In this document: one piece after another, positions 1 to 9,253 of the stretch
Position numbering within the stretch: the stretch's first letter is position 1
Layout of the letters: each line of letters starts with the position of its first letter
Source: Candidatus Krumholzibacteriia bacterium
GTDB lineage: Bacteria > Krumholzibacteriota > Krumholzibacteriia > LZORAL124-64-63
Length of the DNA stretch: 22,341 nt
Direction: 5' to 3'
NCBI GenBank assembly: GCA_046484865.1
Contig: JAWOID010000142.1
Span: 1-22,341, forward strand
Made by a program: the position numbers and the translations under genes
The notes under the pieces: model-generated
The model's database searches: none
Told to the model about the DNA's origin: nothing
Seen by the model: the letters and a program-made list of their open reading frames with translations, nothing else

Positions 1-40
1 GTGGCGATCGCGGCCCGGGCGGTCCGGGCCGGATCGGCCC

Positions 41-65
41 GCAACCTTGGCGCCGCGGAAACGTC
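41..65 (+). promoter_or_regulatory. Putative ECF-sigma promoter (GCAAC-N16-CGTC) upstream of the repeat surface protein
   Basis: GCAAC at 41-45, a 16-nt spacer, then CGTC at 62-65. This matches the AAC(-35)/CGT(-10) architecture of ECF sigma promoters and lies 72 nt upstream of the GTG start. Confidence 0.4.
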
Positions 66-137
66 TTCTGTCTCGATGACCGGCACTCTCCACCTGCCCG
101 TGCTCGCCGCCTCGACGGTGGCAGGAGGTCGCTCCCC

Positions 138-1208
138 GTGAGTTCCGTAGCCGAGACGATCCGTGCCGCACGCGTCCGGGCAGCGCTGACCCGGGCGGCG
201 CTGCCCCGGGCGGCGCTAACCCGGGTGCCGCTGGCCGGTGCGATGCTGATCGGCGCCGTGCTCGCGACGGCGATGTCGCCGTCCGCCGCCGCGGCCCGGG
301 GCCTGAATGTCCCCACCGGCCGCTATGTCCTCGGCGTGGGCGACAGCCCCGAGTTCTACGGCTTGCGCCTGAACTGGCGCGACAGCGGGGTGCGCCGCGT
401 AGTGGGGCTGAACGTCACCGTCGCGCCGTCGCGCGACAACGACGAGGCGGCGTACCACGGCGTGATGCTGGGGCTCACCGGGACGGCGGCGCGTCGCATC
501 GACGGGGTCGCCGTGAACCTCGTGGGCATGGCGGCCGAGGAGATGAACGGCATCCACCTGAGCGGCGTCGGCACCGGGGCGCAGCGGGTGCGGGGCGTGG
601 GTCTGAGCATGATCGGTGCGGGCGCCGAGCAGTTCACCGGCATCGGTGTGGCAGGCATCGGTTTCGGCGCCGAGCGGTTCACCGGCGTCGGCGTGGCGGG
701 CGTCGGCTTCGGCGCGGACACGCTGGCAGGGCTGTTCGTGGCCGGGGTGGGCGTCGGCGCCGAGCGCTTCACCGGCGCCGTCGTGGCGGGGGTGGGAGCC
801 GGAGCCGAGGAGGCGACCGGCGTCGGCGTGGCGGGCGTCGGCTTCGGCGCCGAGCGGATGACGGGGGTGTTCGCGGGCGGCGTGGGGCTGGGAGCCGACG
901 TCCTGCACGGCCTGGGCGCCGGACTCGGCGGGGTCGGCTGCCGGGAGCTGCGTGGGCTGGCCTTCGGCACGTACGTCCGCGCCGACGATGGCCGGGGCGC
1001 GATCCTCAGCCTGGCCCACGGCCGCGCCGAGGAGATGCACGGCCTGTTCACCGGCGTCTACACGCGGGCGGACGTCCTGCGCGGACTGCAGGTGGGCGTC
1101 TTCAACGATGCCGACGAGCTGCACGGCGTGCAGATCGGGGTCCTCAACCGCGCGGGCAACAACCCCCCGCCGCTGCGCTGGCTGCCCATGCTGAACCTCC
1201 ACCTCTAG
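138..1208 (+). CDS. Exported Gly-rich 15-aa-repeat protein (LA_2272-like surface repeat family; likely beta-solenoid)
   Basis: AGGAGG at 123-128 precedes GTG 138 (alternative ATG at 243). A hydrophobic signal segment ends in SAAAA. Tandem units of the FTGVGVAGVGFGAER type follow, with the family-typical tail GLQVGVFN...GVQIGVLN...LPMLNLHL. Confidence 0.7.
   Translation: MSSVAETIRAARVRAALTRAALPRAALTRVPLAGAMLIGAVLATAMSPSAAAARGLNVPTGRYVLGVGDSPEFYGLRLNWRDSGVRRVVGLNVTVAPSRDNDEAAYHGVMLGLTGTAARRIDGVAVNLVGMAAEEMNGIHLSGVGTGAQRVRGVGLSMIGAGAEQFTGIGVAGIGFGAERFTGVGVAGVGFGADTLAGLFVAGVGVGAERFTGAVVAGVGAGAEEATGVGVAGVGFGAERMTGVFAGGVGLGADVLHGLGAGLGGVGCRELRGLAFGTYVRADDGRGAILSLAHGRAEEMHGLFTGVYTRADVLRGLQVGVFNDADELHGVQIGVLNRAGNNPPPLRWLPMLNLHL
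633..950 (+). repeat. Intragenic 45-bp (15-aa) tandem repeat array
   Basis: About 7 well-conserved units plus degenerate flanks. A 35-bp stretch is identical at 681-715 and 816-850 (offset 135 = 3x45). Confidence 0.85.
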
Positions 1209-1243
1209 CCGGATCGGGGGGCCGCACGGCGGCAAGCTGCGCC

Positions 1244-1272
1244 TTGACGGTGGCAGCCGCGCCCGCTATTCC
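1244..1272 (+). promoter_or_regulatory. Possible sigma70 promoter of the ABC pair
   Basis: TTGACG (1244-1249), 17-nt spacer, TATTCC (1267-1272). The -10 lacks the final T. Confidence 0.3.
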
Positions 1273-1335
1273 TCGGAGCCGCCGGTCCGCGTCGCCGCGA
1301 CGCGCATCCCGTTCCCTCGAGCCACGGAACCGCGC

Positions 1336-2013
1336 ATGGCCCAGCCGCCCTCCGGCGCCCCCGTCCTGCAGGTGACCGATCTTGCCGTCCGCGCCGGCAA
1401 CTCAGCCCTGCTGGCGGGCGTCTCGCTGGCGCTGGCGCCGGGAGACCTGCTCGCGGTCACGGGGCCCTCCGGCAGCGGCAAGACGTCCCTGCTGCGCACC
1501 CTGGCCGGCCTGGTGGGCGACGGCGACGGCATCGTCCTGGAGGGACGCACCCCGACCGAGATCGGCTGGCCGCGGTACCGGCGTCGCGTGGTCCTGGTGG
1601 ACCAGCAGCCGGTGCTCCTGGACGAGAGCGTGGGCTTCAACCTCGCGCGACCCTTCGCGTACCGCGGCGCCGGGACCGCGTTTCCGCACGAGCGCGCCCG
1701 CGATCTGCTGCGCCGCCTGGGCCTTGCCGAGGTGGAACTCCGGACGCCGGCCGGCACGCTCTCGGTGGGGCAACAGCAGCGCGTGTCGTTGCTGCGGGCG
1801 CTGCTGCTGGAGCCGGCCGTGCTGCTGCTGGACGAGCCCACCAGCGCGCTCGACCCCCGCAGCACGCAGCGGGTTGAAGAGATCGTGCGCCAGGCGGCGG
1901 CCTCGGGCATGGCCGCCCTGGTGGTCACCCACGGCCTCGAGCAGGCGCGACGCTGGTGCCGCCGCCAGATCGAGCTCACGCGGTTCCTGGTCGACGGGAG
2001 GCGCAGGACGTGA
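1336..2013 (+). CDS. fetA: ABC transporter ATP-binding protein (FetA/YbbL/STAR1-like)
   Basis: Walker A GPSGSGKT, signature LSVGQQQR, Walker B LLLLDEPTSALD, H-loop VTH. Stand-alone 225-aa NBD coupled to a UPF0014 permease. Confidence 0.85.
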   Translation: MAQPPSGAPVLQVTDLAVRAGNSALLAGVSLALAPGDLLAVTGPSGSGKTSLLRTLAGLVGDGDGIVLEGRTPTEIGWPRYRRRVVLVDQQPVLLDESVGFNLARPFAYRGAGTAFPHERARDLLRRLGLAEVELRTPAGTLSVGQQQRVSLLRALLLEPAVLLLDEPTSALDPRSTQRVEEIVRQAAASGMAALVVTHGLEQARRWCRRQIELTRFLVDGRRRT

Positions 2014-2813
2014 ACCCGGGCGCCGTTCCGCTCTCCTTCCTGGATCTGGCCGTCGCCGCCACCTTGGTCCTGGTGGCGGGCATGGTGAGCGTGGGCCTGC
2101 GCCTGGGTCTGGAGCGCCGGCTCGCGGTGGCCTCGGTGCGCACCGTGGTGCAGTTGCTGCTGATCGGCTACGTGCTGCGCTTCGTGTTCGACCAGCAGAC
2201 CTGGTACGCGGTGTTCGCCCTGGCGGCGGTGATGGTGGTGGCCGCGAGCCGCGCGGCGGTGGCGCGCTCCAGCCGCTCGTTCCCGGGTGCCATCCCCCAT
2301 GCGTTCCTCACATTGACCGTGGTGGGGCTCTCGACGACGTTGACGGTCACCACCCTCGTGATCGGCACCGAACCCTGGTACCAGGCCCGCTACCTGATCC
2401 CGCTGCTGGGCATGGTGCTGGGGAACGGACTCACGGGCATCTCGCTCTGCCTCGACAGCCTGCTCGAGAGCCTCTCGATGCGCCGACCTCAGGTGGAGAT
2501 GGAACTGGCGCACGGCGCCACCCGCTGGGAGGCCGCGCGCGGGCCGCTGCGCGATGCGGTGCGGCGCGGGATGATCCCCATCATCAACTCCATGATGGTG
2601 GTGGGGCTGGTATCGCTGCCCGGGATGATGACTGGCCAGATCCTCGCGGGCGAGAGCCCGCTGGAGGCGGTGAAGTACCAGATCGTGATCATGTTCCTCA
2701 TCGCCGGGGCCACCGCCCTGGGGTCCATCGGGGTGGCGTTGCTCGCCTACCGGCGCCTCTTCAACGAGCGTCACCAGCTCCGCAGCGACCTGATCCGGCG
2801 CAAGGCGTCGTAG
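2010..2813 (+). CDS. fetB: ABC transporter permease, UPF0014 family (FetB/YbbM/STAR2-like)
   Basis: Family motifs RTVVQLLLIGYVL, YLIPLLGMVLGN and GLVSLPGMMTGQILAG.SP..AVKYQI; multiple TM segments. The GTG at 2010 overlaps the upstream TGA (GTGA coupling), so the start is placed there instead of 1956. Confidence 0.9.
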   Translation: MNPGAVPLSFLDLAVAATLVLVAGMVSVGLRLGLERRLAVASVRTVVQLLLIGYVLRFVFDQQTWYAVFALAAVMVVAASRAAVARSSRSFPGAIPHAFLTLTVVGLSTTLTVTTLVIGTEPWYQARYLIPLLGMVLGNGLTGISLCLDSLLESLSMRRPQVEMELAHGATRWEAARGPLRDAVRRGMIPIINSMMVVGLVSLPGMMTGQILAGESPLEAVKYQIVIMFLIAGATALGSIGVALLAYRRLFNERHQLRSDLIRRKAS

Positions 2814-2829
2814 GCTCGCGGCTGCTAAT

Positions 2830-2869
2830 TTGACCGATTCCCCATTGATCTGGTATTCTCAGCAATGGG
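2830..2869 (+). promoter_or_regulatory. Sigma70-type promoter with extended -10, overlapped by an inverted repeat
   Basis: TTGACC (2830-2835), 18-nt spacer, TGG-TATTCT (2851-2859). CCCATTG (2841-2847) and CAATGGG (2863-2869) flank the -10. The segment is AT-rich for this DNA. Confidence 0.55.
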
Positions 2870-2954
2870 TTGAGCCATGGCCGTTCGTCCTCCCAGATGC
2901 CCACCCGGCTCCCCTCGGGTTCGAGACTGCTCGTTCGGTTCAAGGGGGGAAGCC

Positions 2955-5900
2955 ATGAACGCCACGGGGCGACTGCATCTGTTCCTTGGCATCCTCGCGA
3001 TCGTCTGCCTGGCCATCGCCACACCGGCGCCGCCGCTGCTGGCTGCGCCATCCGGGAAGCCGCCGGCGGAGCCGCCGGAGCACCCGTTCCTGTACCTGGA
3101 TCTGGACGGTGATGGCCGCGCCGACGACCTGCGCGTGGGCGCGGCGCTCCGGCCGGCGGCCGCGAAGGCCGACACGATCCAGCTCTACGGCGGACCCGGG
3201 CGCCTGGAGGGCAAGTTCCAGACGGCAGCCGGCGATCCCGACCGCCAGGGCTGGACCGGCCTCGACCTCACCGCCACCGGGAACCACTTCCAGGTCTCCA
3301 CCTACGCGGCGGCGAACCTCGACCCGGCCACCTCCGGCAATCGCGCCTGGTACGTGGGTGATGAGACCCTGCCTTCCTGCGAGCCCGGAGACCCGGTCGG
3401 AGGCTACGGCAACGACTGGTACGATCGGCTGGTCTGGTCCGCGCCGGTGACGGAGCCCGCTTCGGCGGTGACGGTGCGGCTGACCGCCCGCTTGAATCAC
3501 GACGTGGAGCCGGATTACGACAACCTGTACCTCCAGGTGCTCACGGCCGCCGGCTGGGTCGATCTGGCCGTCTGGACCGGCACCGCCGCGGGCGTGGACG
3601 TGGATGTCCTCGCCGCGCTCGCCCCCGGTGATCTGCAGGGCGTCGGCGCCGACGAGGTCCACCTGCGCTGGCTCTTCGCATCCGATCCGGGCTGGTCCGA
3701 CGCCGACTGCCTCTACACGGGTTCCGGCGCGGCCCAGATCGACCTCATCGCCGTCACCTTCGACCAGGGCGGCGGCGAGCAACTCGTGGGTCACGTGGAG
3801 ACCTGCGAGGATGGTGCGCCGCTGCAGTGGACGGAGCTGGCGAGTTCGGGCGTGGGCGACTTCTCGCAGCTGTGGCCGGAGCTCGAGGACCTGGATTTCT
3901 GCAACGACAACGACTCTCCCCAGTTCGCTTTCATCGACGATGGGCTCGTCGTTCCCGGGACCGGCGGCACGGCCTGCATCTCCTGGTGCTACGGACCGGC
4001 AGGTTGGATCGTGAACACCACCGGCGGTCTGATGAGGCCGGACCACCACCTGGCGAATTTCGTCGTCTCGCCGCCGATGGCCTTGCCGGCCGGCCCGCGC
4101 CACGAACTCGAACTGGCCTTCGACGTCTACCGCCACGAGCAACTCTGGGCCGATTCGCCGGGCATGTTCTACAACTTTGAGGTGTCCACGACCGCCGATC
4201 CCACGGGCGAGACCGGCTGGTCGGAGTGGCGGCACTGGATCTGGCCCGGGTACTACGGGGGCCCCGGCTACGTCCGGCACAGCGAGAGGATCACCCAGTA
4301 CCTGGAGCCCGGCGCCGCCTGGCTGCAGGTGCGCCTGGGCGTGCTGGAGGCCGGCCACTACTGGGGCTGGGAGGGAAACAACGGCACCCCCGCCCCCTAC
4401 TTCGACAACGTGACCGTGCGGGCCTGGGAACCGGACGGCCCCGATCTCCGGGCGCTCGCCCGCGAGCTGGCGCAGGACGCGTTCCCCGAGGCGGGCGTCA
4501 TCGATCCGCTGAACTGGGGCGCGGCGTCGGTGCGTTTCGACATGGCGAAGAACGTCGCGCCCGCTGGCGCGCCGGTGGTGCTCGGCGACTCGGTGGTGGT
4601 CTCGCTGGCACCGGGACGCGAGGGCGCCTGGCTGGAGCTTCCGCGAATGCACTACCGGCTCTTCCCCAACCCGCACACCGGCGTGTTCGATGCGCACCGC
4701 ACCAGCGGCCTGCCGCTGGCGGGCTCGGTGGAGGGCGACACCTGCTACTCGTCTTCGGGCTACCCGGTGCAGGATCGGTACTGCTTCGATCTGCCCGACT
4801 CCGGCTTCCTGTTCCCCGGCGACGTGCTCCACTACTATTTCACCGCCACCGAATGGGTGGCGGCGCAGCCGTTCACCACGATGCTGCCGGCCGACACCAC
4901 CGGCTTCAGCCGCCCCGATCTGTGGCACGTCTATCCGGAAGAGTTCGCCATGCGGGCGCTGCCGGCGCTCGACACGGCCGATCCATCCGGCCATGCCGGG
5001 ATCCTGGTCTGGCTCGATGACGAGGGCGGCTCTCGCGATCGATGGTTCCGCGCTCTCGCGGGGGCGGGCTTCGATCTCGACCGGTACGACGTCTTCGTGA
5101 CGACCGGTGCCGCCTCGCGGGCCGGCAACGGGCTGGGCAGCGCCGCCACGCCGGCCCTGCTCGACGGCTACGACACCATCGTGTACGCCGGCGGCCGGCT
5201 CGAGACCCCGCTGAGCACCGGCTTGTATGATGCCAGTCTGGACGTGCAGCTGCTCTCGGGCTGGCTCGACACCGGCGACCGCCACCTCCTGGTGACGGGG
5301 GACAACGTGGTCAGCGGCCTCGTGGACATTGCCGGCACCACCTTCAGGGACGCCTGGCTCGGCGTGAACAGCGGTCCCTCGGACGTGCGCCCGTACGTCG
5401 GCGGCCAGACCTCGCCCGGGTTGCTCTTCGAGCCGCTCAATACGATCGTGCCGGCGGACGTGGTGGCGATGACGGCGGACGGCGGCTGTCCCCTGCTGCG
5501 CACGATCGACGCCATCACCCCCGGTCCTGCTGCCCAGGTGGTGGCGCGGTTCGCGGATCAGGGGGGACTGCCGGCCGGCGATCCGTACGTGGCGGGAGTG
5601 GCGCACCGGGTCGCGTCGCCCCCGGCGGTGACGGTGACGTTCCCGTTCGACATCACGGCCCTCGAGACAGGCGGCGAGCTACCAGAGCCGTTCTGGCCCT
5701 ACACGCCGCCGCCTTCGGCCGCAGCCGTGGTCCTGCACCACGTCCTGCGGTCGTTCGGCGAGACGCCGTCTCTCGAGCCGCCGAGCCCCGCCCCCACCCC
5801 GCTCGCGTTCCGGGTCGGCGCGCACCCGAACCCGTTCAACCCGCGCGTGACCGTCGCCTACGCGCTGCCGCAGGCCGCGCATCTCGCCGTCGAACTGTTC

Positions 5901-6077
5901 GACGTGCGGGGGCGCAAGGTGGCCACGCTGCACGACGGACCGGCCCAGGCGGGACCGGGCCGCATCGTCTGGGACGGTCGCGACCGCACCGGCCGCGAGG
6001 TGGCGGGCGGCGTCTACTTCTGCGAGGTGCGCACTCCGGAGCACCGGAAGGTGGTGAAGCTCACGCTGGTGCGGTAG
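2955..6077 (+). CDS. Large secreted multidomain protein with C-terminal FlgD-Ig/T9SS-type-A-like domain (paralogue 1)
   Basis: G-rich RBS before ATG 2955; signal peptide (HLFLGILAIVCLAIA); DLDGDGRADD Ca-type loop. Acidic, Trp/Gly-rich beta regions. The CTD has HPNPFNP...LFDVRGRKVATL...WDGRD..G..VAGGVYF...KLTLVR. Confidence 0.8.
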   Translation: MNATGRLHLFLGILAIVCLAIATPAPPLLAAPSGKPPAEPPEHPFLYLDLDGDGRADDLRVGAALRPAAAKADTIQLYGGPGRLEGKFQTAAGDPDRQGWTGLDLTATGNHFQVSTYAAANLDPATSGNRAWYVGDETLPSCEPGDPVGGYGNDWYDRLVWSAPVTEPASAVTVRLTARLNHDVEPDYDNLYLQVLTAAGWVDLAVWTGTAAGVDVDVLAALAPGDLQGVGADEVHLRWLFASDPGWSDADCLYTGSGAAQIDLIAVTFDQGGGEQLVGHVETCEDGAPLQWTELASSGVGDFSQLWPELEDLDFCNDNDSPQFAFIDDGLVVPGTGGTACISWCYGPAGWIVNTTGGLMRPDHHLANFVVSPPMALPAGPRHELELAFDVYRHEQLWADSPGMFYNFEVSTTADPTGETGWSEWRHWIWPGYYGGPGYVRHSERITQYLEPGAAWLQVRLGVLEAGHYWGWEGNNGTPAPYFDNVTVRAWEPDGPDLRALARELAQDAFPEAGVIDPLNWGAASVRFDMAKNVAPAGAPVVLGDSVVVSLAPGREGAWLELPRMHYRLFPNPHTGVFDAHRTSGLPLAGSVEGDTCYSSSGYPVQDRYCFDLPDSGFLFPGDVLHYYFTATEWVAAQPFTTMLPADTTGFSRPDLWHVYPEEFAMRALPALDTADPSGHAGILVWLDDEGGSRDRWFRALAGAGFDLDRYDVFVTTGAASRAGNGLGSAATPALLDGYDTIVYAGGRLETPLSTGLYDASLDVQLLSGWLDTGDRHLLVTGDNVVSGLVDIAGTTFRDAWLGVNSGPSDVRPYVGGQTSPGLLFEPLNTIVPADVVAMTADGGCPLLRTIDAITPGPAAQVVARFADQGGLPAGDPYVAGVAHRVASPPAVTVTFPFDITALETGGELPEPFWPYTPPPSAAAVVLHHVLRSFGETPSLEPPSPAPTPLAFRVGAHPNPFNPRVTVAYALPQAAHLAVELFDVRGRKVATLHDGPAQAGPGRIVWDGRDRTGREVAGGVYFCEVRTPEHRKVVKLTLVR

Positions 6078-6187
6078 CCCGATTCGTCGTAGGCCCCTTT
6101 GCGCGGTGCAGTCGCTGCCACGTCACCGACCGGGCGGGCAGTTCGCGTCCGCTCGCCCGGCCACTGCCGACTGAACGGAGAGTCGCC

Positions 6188-9100
6188 ATGAAGACCTGTA
6201 TGCCGTCGCCACCGAGAGATGCGGGATCACCAGGCGTGGGAAGGCTCGTTCTGGCTGGCGCGTGCGCGGCTCTCCTGCTGGCGTCCGCCATCGCTGCCGC
6301 CGCTCGGCCGTCGCCCTCGGATGCCCTCCGCGCTCCGGACGCGAGGTTCCGATCCGCCGGTGCGAAGGTCCTCGCCGGAGGCCCGGTCGCCGGTGCGATG
6401 CGGGCTCCCGGCGACACCCTCTTCCTGTACGGCGGCCCGGGTACGCTCGAGGGAACGTTCCAGACGGCTGGCGGCGCCCCCGACCGCCAGGGATGGATCG
6501 GGCTCGATCTGACGCTGCCCGAGCCTTCCCACTTCCACGCCTCCACCTACCAGGCAGCCAACCTCGACCCGGCCACCCCCGACAACCATGCCTGGTACGT
6601 GGGCGACGAAACGATCCCGTCGTGCGATCCCGAGGATCCAGTCGGAGGCTACGGCAACGGCTGGAACGACAGCCTGACGTGGTCCTGGCCCGTGCCGGAT
6701 GCCGCGCAGCCGGTGTCGGTGCGCGTCACCGCCGGCCTCAACGTCGACACCGAACCGGGCTACGACATCCTGCAGTTCCAGGTCCATCGCGGCAGCGGAT
6801 GGGACGATCTGGACTCGTTCGATGGTCTGCACACCGGGCTCGCGCTGGACGTCCAGACCACCGTCGACCCCGCGGACTACCTGGATGGCGCGGTGCACCT
6901 GCGCTGGGTGTTCACGTCGGATGATGGAGGCTGGTCGGACGAGGACTGCAGGTATCCGACCGCCGGGGCCGCCCAGATCGACCGCATCGCGGTCACCTTC
7001 GACCAAGGCGCCGGACCGGCGCTCGCCGGCGCGCTGGAAACCGTGGAGCCCGGGACGGACCTGCAGTGGGTGCCCAGCTCTCCGCTGGCCGGCAGCGGCG
7101 GCGTGGGCGATTTCTCGAAGGTCTGGCCGCAGCTCGGCGACCTCGACCCGTGCCGCGACAACACGACGCCCCAGTTCGCGTTCATCGACGACGGCGAGGT
7201 GGTGCCCGGCACCGGCGGCAGCCCGTGCCAGAGCTGGTGCTACGGTCCGGGCGGCTGGGTCGTGAACACCACGGGCGGCCTGCTGAACGAGCCCACGGAG
7301 TTGCACAACGCCGTCGAGTCGCCGCCGATCGCGCTGCCGCCTGATCTCCAGGCGCGGATCGAGCTGGCGTTCGATGCATATACGCACAACTTGCTCGGCA
7401 GCGCCCCGGGTTGCGACGAGATCTTCTGGTTCTGGGAGTTGGCGAGCACGAGCGATCCCGCCGGCGAGACCGGCTGGATGACCGACAGCGACGGCTTCCT
7501 GCACTACGGCAGCCCCGGCTACGACCGGCACGTGAACGACGTCACCCACCTCCTGGTCCCGGACGCCCGCTGGTTGAAGGTGCGCCTGGGCGTGAGGGAG
7601 TTCGACCAGAACTGGTGCTGGGGCGGCGACGTGTCGCCGGCACCGTACTTCGACAACGTGGCCGTGCGCGCGGTGGAGCCCTCGGGGCCGCAGCTGATCG
7701 CCGATCCCTCGCAGCTCGCGCCCGACGCGTTCCCCGCCAGTGGCACGGTCGATCGGGTCGATCTGGGCGCGAACCACGTGCGGTTCGACGCGGCCGAGGG
7801 CGGCCGCGACGCCGTGCAGGTGGTGACCAGGCCCTCGCTGCCCGAGCGGACGCTGGACGGCCCGCCGGTGATGCACTATCGGCTCTTCGCCAACCCCCTG
7901 TTCGATCTCCATCGCACCGCCGGCCTGCCGATGGAAGGTGCAGTGCCGGGCGCGCCGGTGATGCACGCCACGGAGTCAGACTCGTTCAGCTTCGACCTGC
8001 CCGACAGCGGCTTCCTCTTTCCGGGCGACGTGCTGCGCATCTGGTTCACCGCGAGCGAGACGGTGGGCGGAACCGTCCTGACGACCATCCTGCCGGCGGA
8101 CACCACCGGCCTCTCGGACCCCGACGCCTGGCAACTCTATCCAGAGGAGTTCACGGTGCGGGCGCTGCCGTCGCTCGCGGTGGCAGGCGAGGACGTCGGG
8201 CAGCCGGCCACCTTGCTGTGGTTGGAGGCGGCGCCCGACGACCCGAGCGCCTGGTACTACGGCATGAGCTTCGCGGGCATGGCGATCGGCTCTCAATACG
8301 ATCTCTACGTCGGACAGTCGCCGGAAGGCGCCGGCCTCGGCACGGACGCCACCGCGGCCCAGCTGGAGCGGTACACCGCGATCGTCTACTCGAGCCTCGG
8401 GCAGGGGGCCGACGGAGTCTCGCCGGTGCTCGACCGGGACGATCTGGGGTTGCTCTCCACCTGGCTCGCCGCCGGGAATCATGGCCTGGCAATGTTCGGC
8501 GACGGTCTCCTCTCCGAACTGTCGGGCGCTCCGGAAGGGCAGACGTTCCTGGCCGAGTGGCTACCGGTAGAGGCGGCCGACCAGGACCTCGTCACGCTGA
8601 CGGGCCAGTCGGCGCCGCTGGTGGCGACCCTCGATGGAGCGCCCGTGTTCCCGACTCCGGAAACCTGGTACCTGAACCTCGGCTGCCCCTGGCAGCGCGT
8701 CGTCTCGGCCGTGACGCCGCAGCCGGGAACCACGGCTCAGGCCGAGTTCCTCGGCCCCGACGGCCAGGCCGGTGCGTATCCCTACGCCGCCGCGCTCCTG
8801 GCCGAGCACGACCTGACGGCGGCGAAGGTGATCGCGTTCCCCTACGATTTGAGGGCCGTGCGCGACGCCGACGCCTGGAGCGAGCCCGTGCCGCCGGTGC
8901 GCGGCCGCATCCTGCGTGACATCTTGATCACGCTGGGCACCATGCCGTCACCGATCGAGGTCTCGGCAGAGACCCCGCCGGCGTTCCAGGTGGCGGCCCA
9001 CCCGAACCCGTTCAACCCCCGGGTGACCGTGCACTACGTGCTGCCGCACGCCGGCCGGCTCGAGGTGCGGATGTACGACGTGCGCGGCCGGCTCGTGGCC

Positions 9101-9253
9101 ACCCTCCACGAGAGCGACGCGCCGGCCGGTCCCGGCGAGGTCTCCTGGGCAGGACACGACCGGGCCGGCCACAACGTATCGGCCGGTCTCTACTTCTGCG
9201 AGGTCAAGGCTCCGGGGCACACGGAGGTCCTGAAGCTCACGCTGGTGCGGTAG
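6188..9253 (+). CDS. Large secreted multidomain protein with C-terminal FlgD-Ig/T9SS-type-A-like domain (paralogue 2)
   Basis: GGAGAG RBS; signal peptide (RLVLAGACAALLLASAIAAAA). Collinear with paralogue 1 (LYGGPG.LEG.FQTA.G.PDRQGW; PQFAFIDDG.VVPGTGG; SWCYGP.GW.VNTTGGL; PYFDNV; FDLPDSGFLFPGDVL; HPNPFNPRVTV; KLTLVR). Confidence 0.8.
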   Translation: MKTCMPSPPRDAGSPGVGRLVLAGACAALLLASAIAAAARPSPSDALRAPDARFRSAGAKVLAGGPVAGAMRAPGDTLFLYGGPGTLEGTFQTAGGAPDRQGWIGLDLTLPEPSHFHASTYQAANLDPATPDNHAWYVGDETIPSCDPEDPVGGYGNGWNDSLTWSWPVPDAAQPVSVRVTAGLNVDTEPGYDILQFQVHRGSGWDDLDSFDGLHTGLALDVQTTVDPADYLDGAVHLRWVFTSDDGGWSDEDCRYPTAGAAQIDRIAVTFDQGAGPALAGALETVEPGTDLQWVPSSPLAGSGGVGDFSKVWPQLGDLDPCRDNTTPQFAFIDDGEVVPGTGGSPCQSWCYGPGGWVVNTTGGLLNEPTELHNAVESPPIALPPDLQARIELAFDAYTHNLLGSAPGCDEIFWFWELASTSDPAGETGWMTDSDGFLHYGSPGYDRHVNDVTHLLVPDARWLKVRLGVREFDQNWCWGGDVSPAPYFDNVAVRAVEPSGPQLIADPSQLAPDAFPASGTVDRVDLGANHVRFDAAEGGRDAVQVVTRPSLPERTLDGPPVMHYRLFANPLFDLHRTAGLPMEGAVPGAPVMHATESDSFSFDLPDSGFLFPGDVLRIWFTASETVGGTVLTTILPADTTGLSDPDAWQLYPEEFTVRALPSLAVAGEDVGQPATLLWLEAAPDDPSAWYYGMSFAGMAIGSQYDLYVGQSPEGAGLGTDATAAQLERYTAIVYSSLGQGADGVSPVLDRDDLGLLSTWLAAGNHGLAMFGDGLLSELSGAPEGQTFLAEWLPVEAADQDLVTLTGQSAPLVATLDGAPVFPTPETWYLNLGCPWQRVVSAVTPQPGTTAQAEFLGPDGQAGAYPYAAALLAEHDLTAAKVIAFPYDLRAVRDADAWSEPVPPVRGRILRDILITLGTMPSPIEVSAETPPAFQVAAHPNPFNPRVTVHYVLPHAGRLEVRMYDVRGRLVATLHESDAPAGPGEVSWAGHDRAGHNVSAGLYFCEVKAPGHTEVLKLTLVR

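Noticed and set aside
633..950. Periodic repeats as a possible CRISPR array
   Set aside because: In-frame coding repeats with no unique spacers and no cas genes.
5800..6077. FlgD-like domain as a flagellar hook-capping gene
   Set aside because: It is a C-terminal appendage on signal-peptide proteins, and no flagellar genes are nearby.
2940..7966. Long minus-strand ORFs (888 aa, 579 aa) opposite the paralogues
   Set aside because: Arg/Ala/Gly-rich shadow frames fully overlapping well-supported + strand genes.
2955..9253. Paralogues as M6/immune-inhibitor-A metalloproteases or as a DGR template/target pair
   Set aside because: No HExxH motif in either protein; differences are not adenine-specific and there is no reverse transcriptase in the window.
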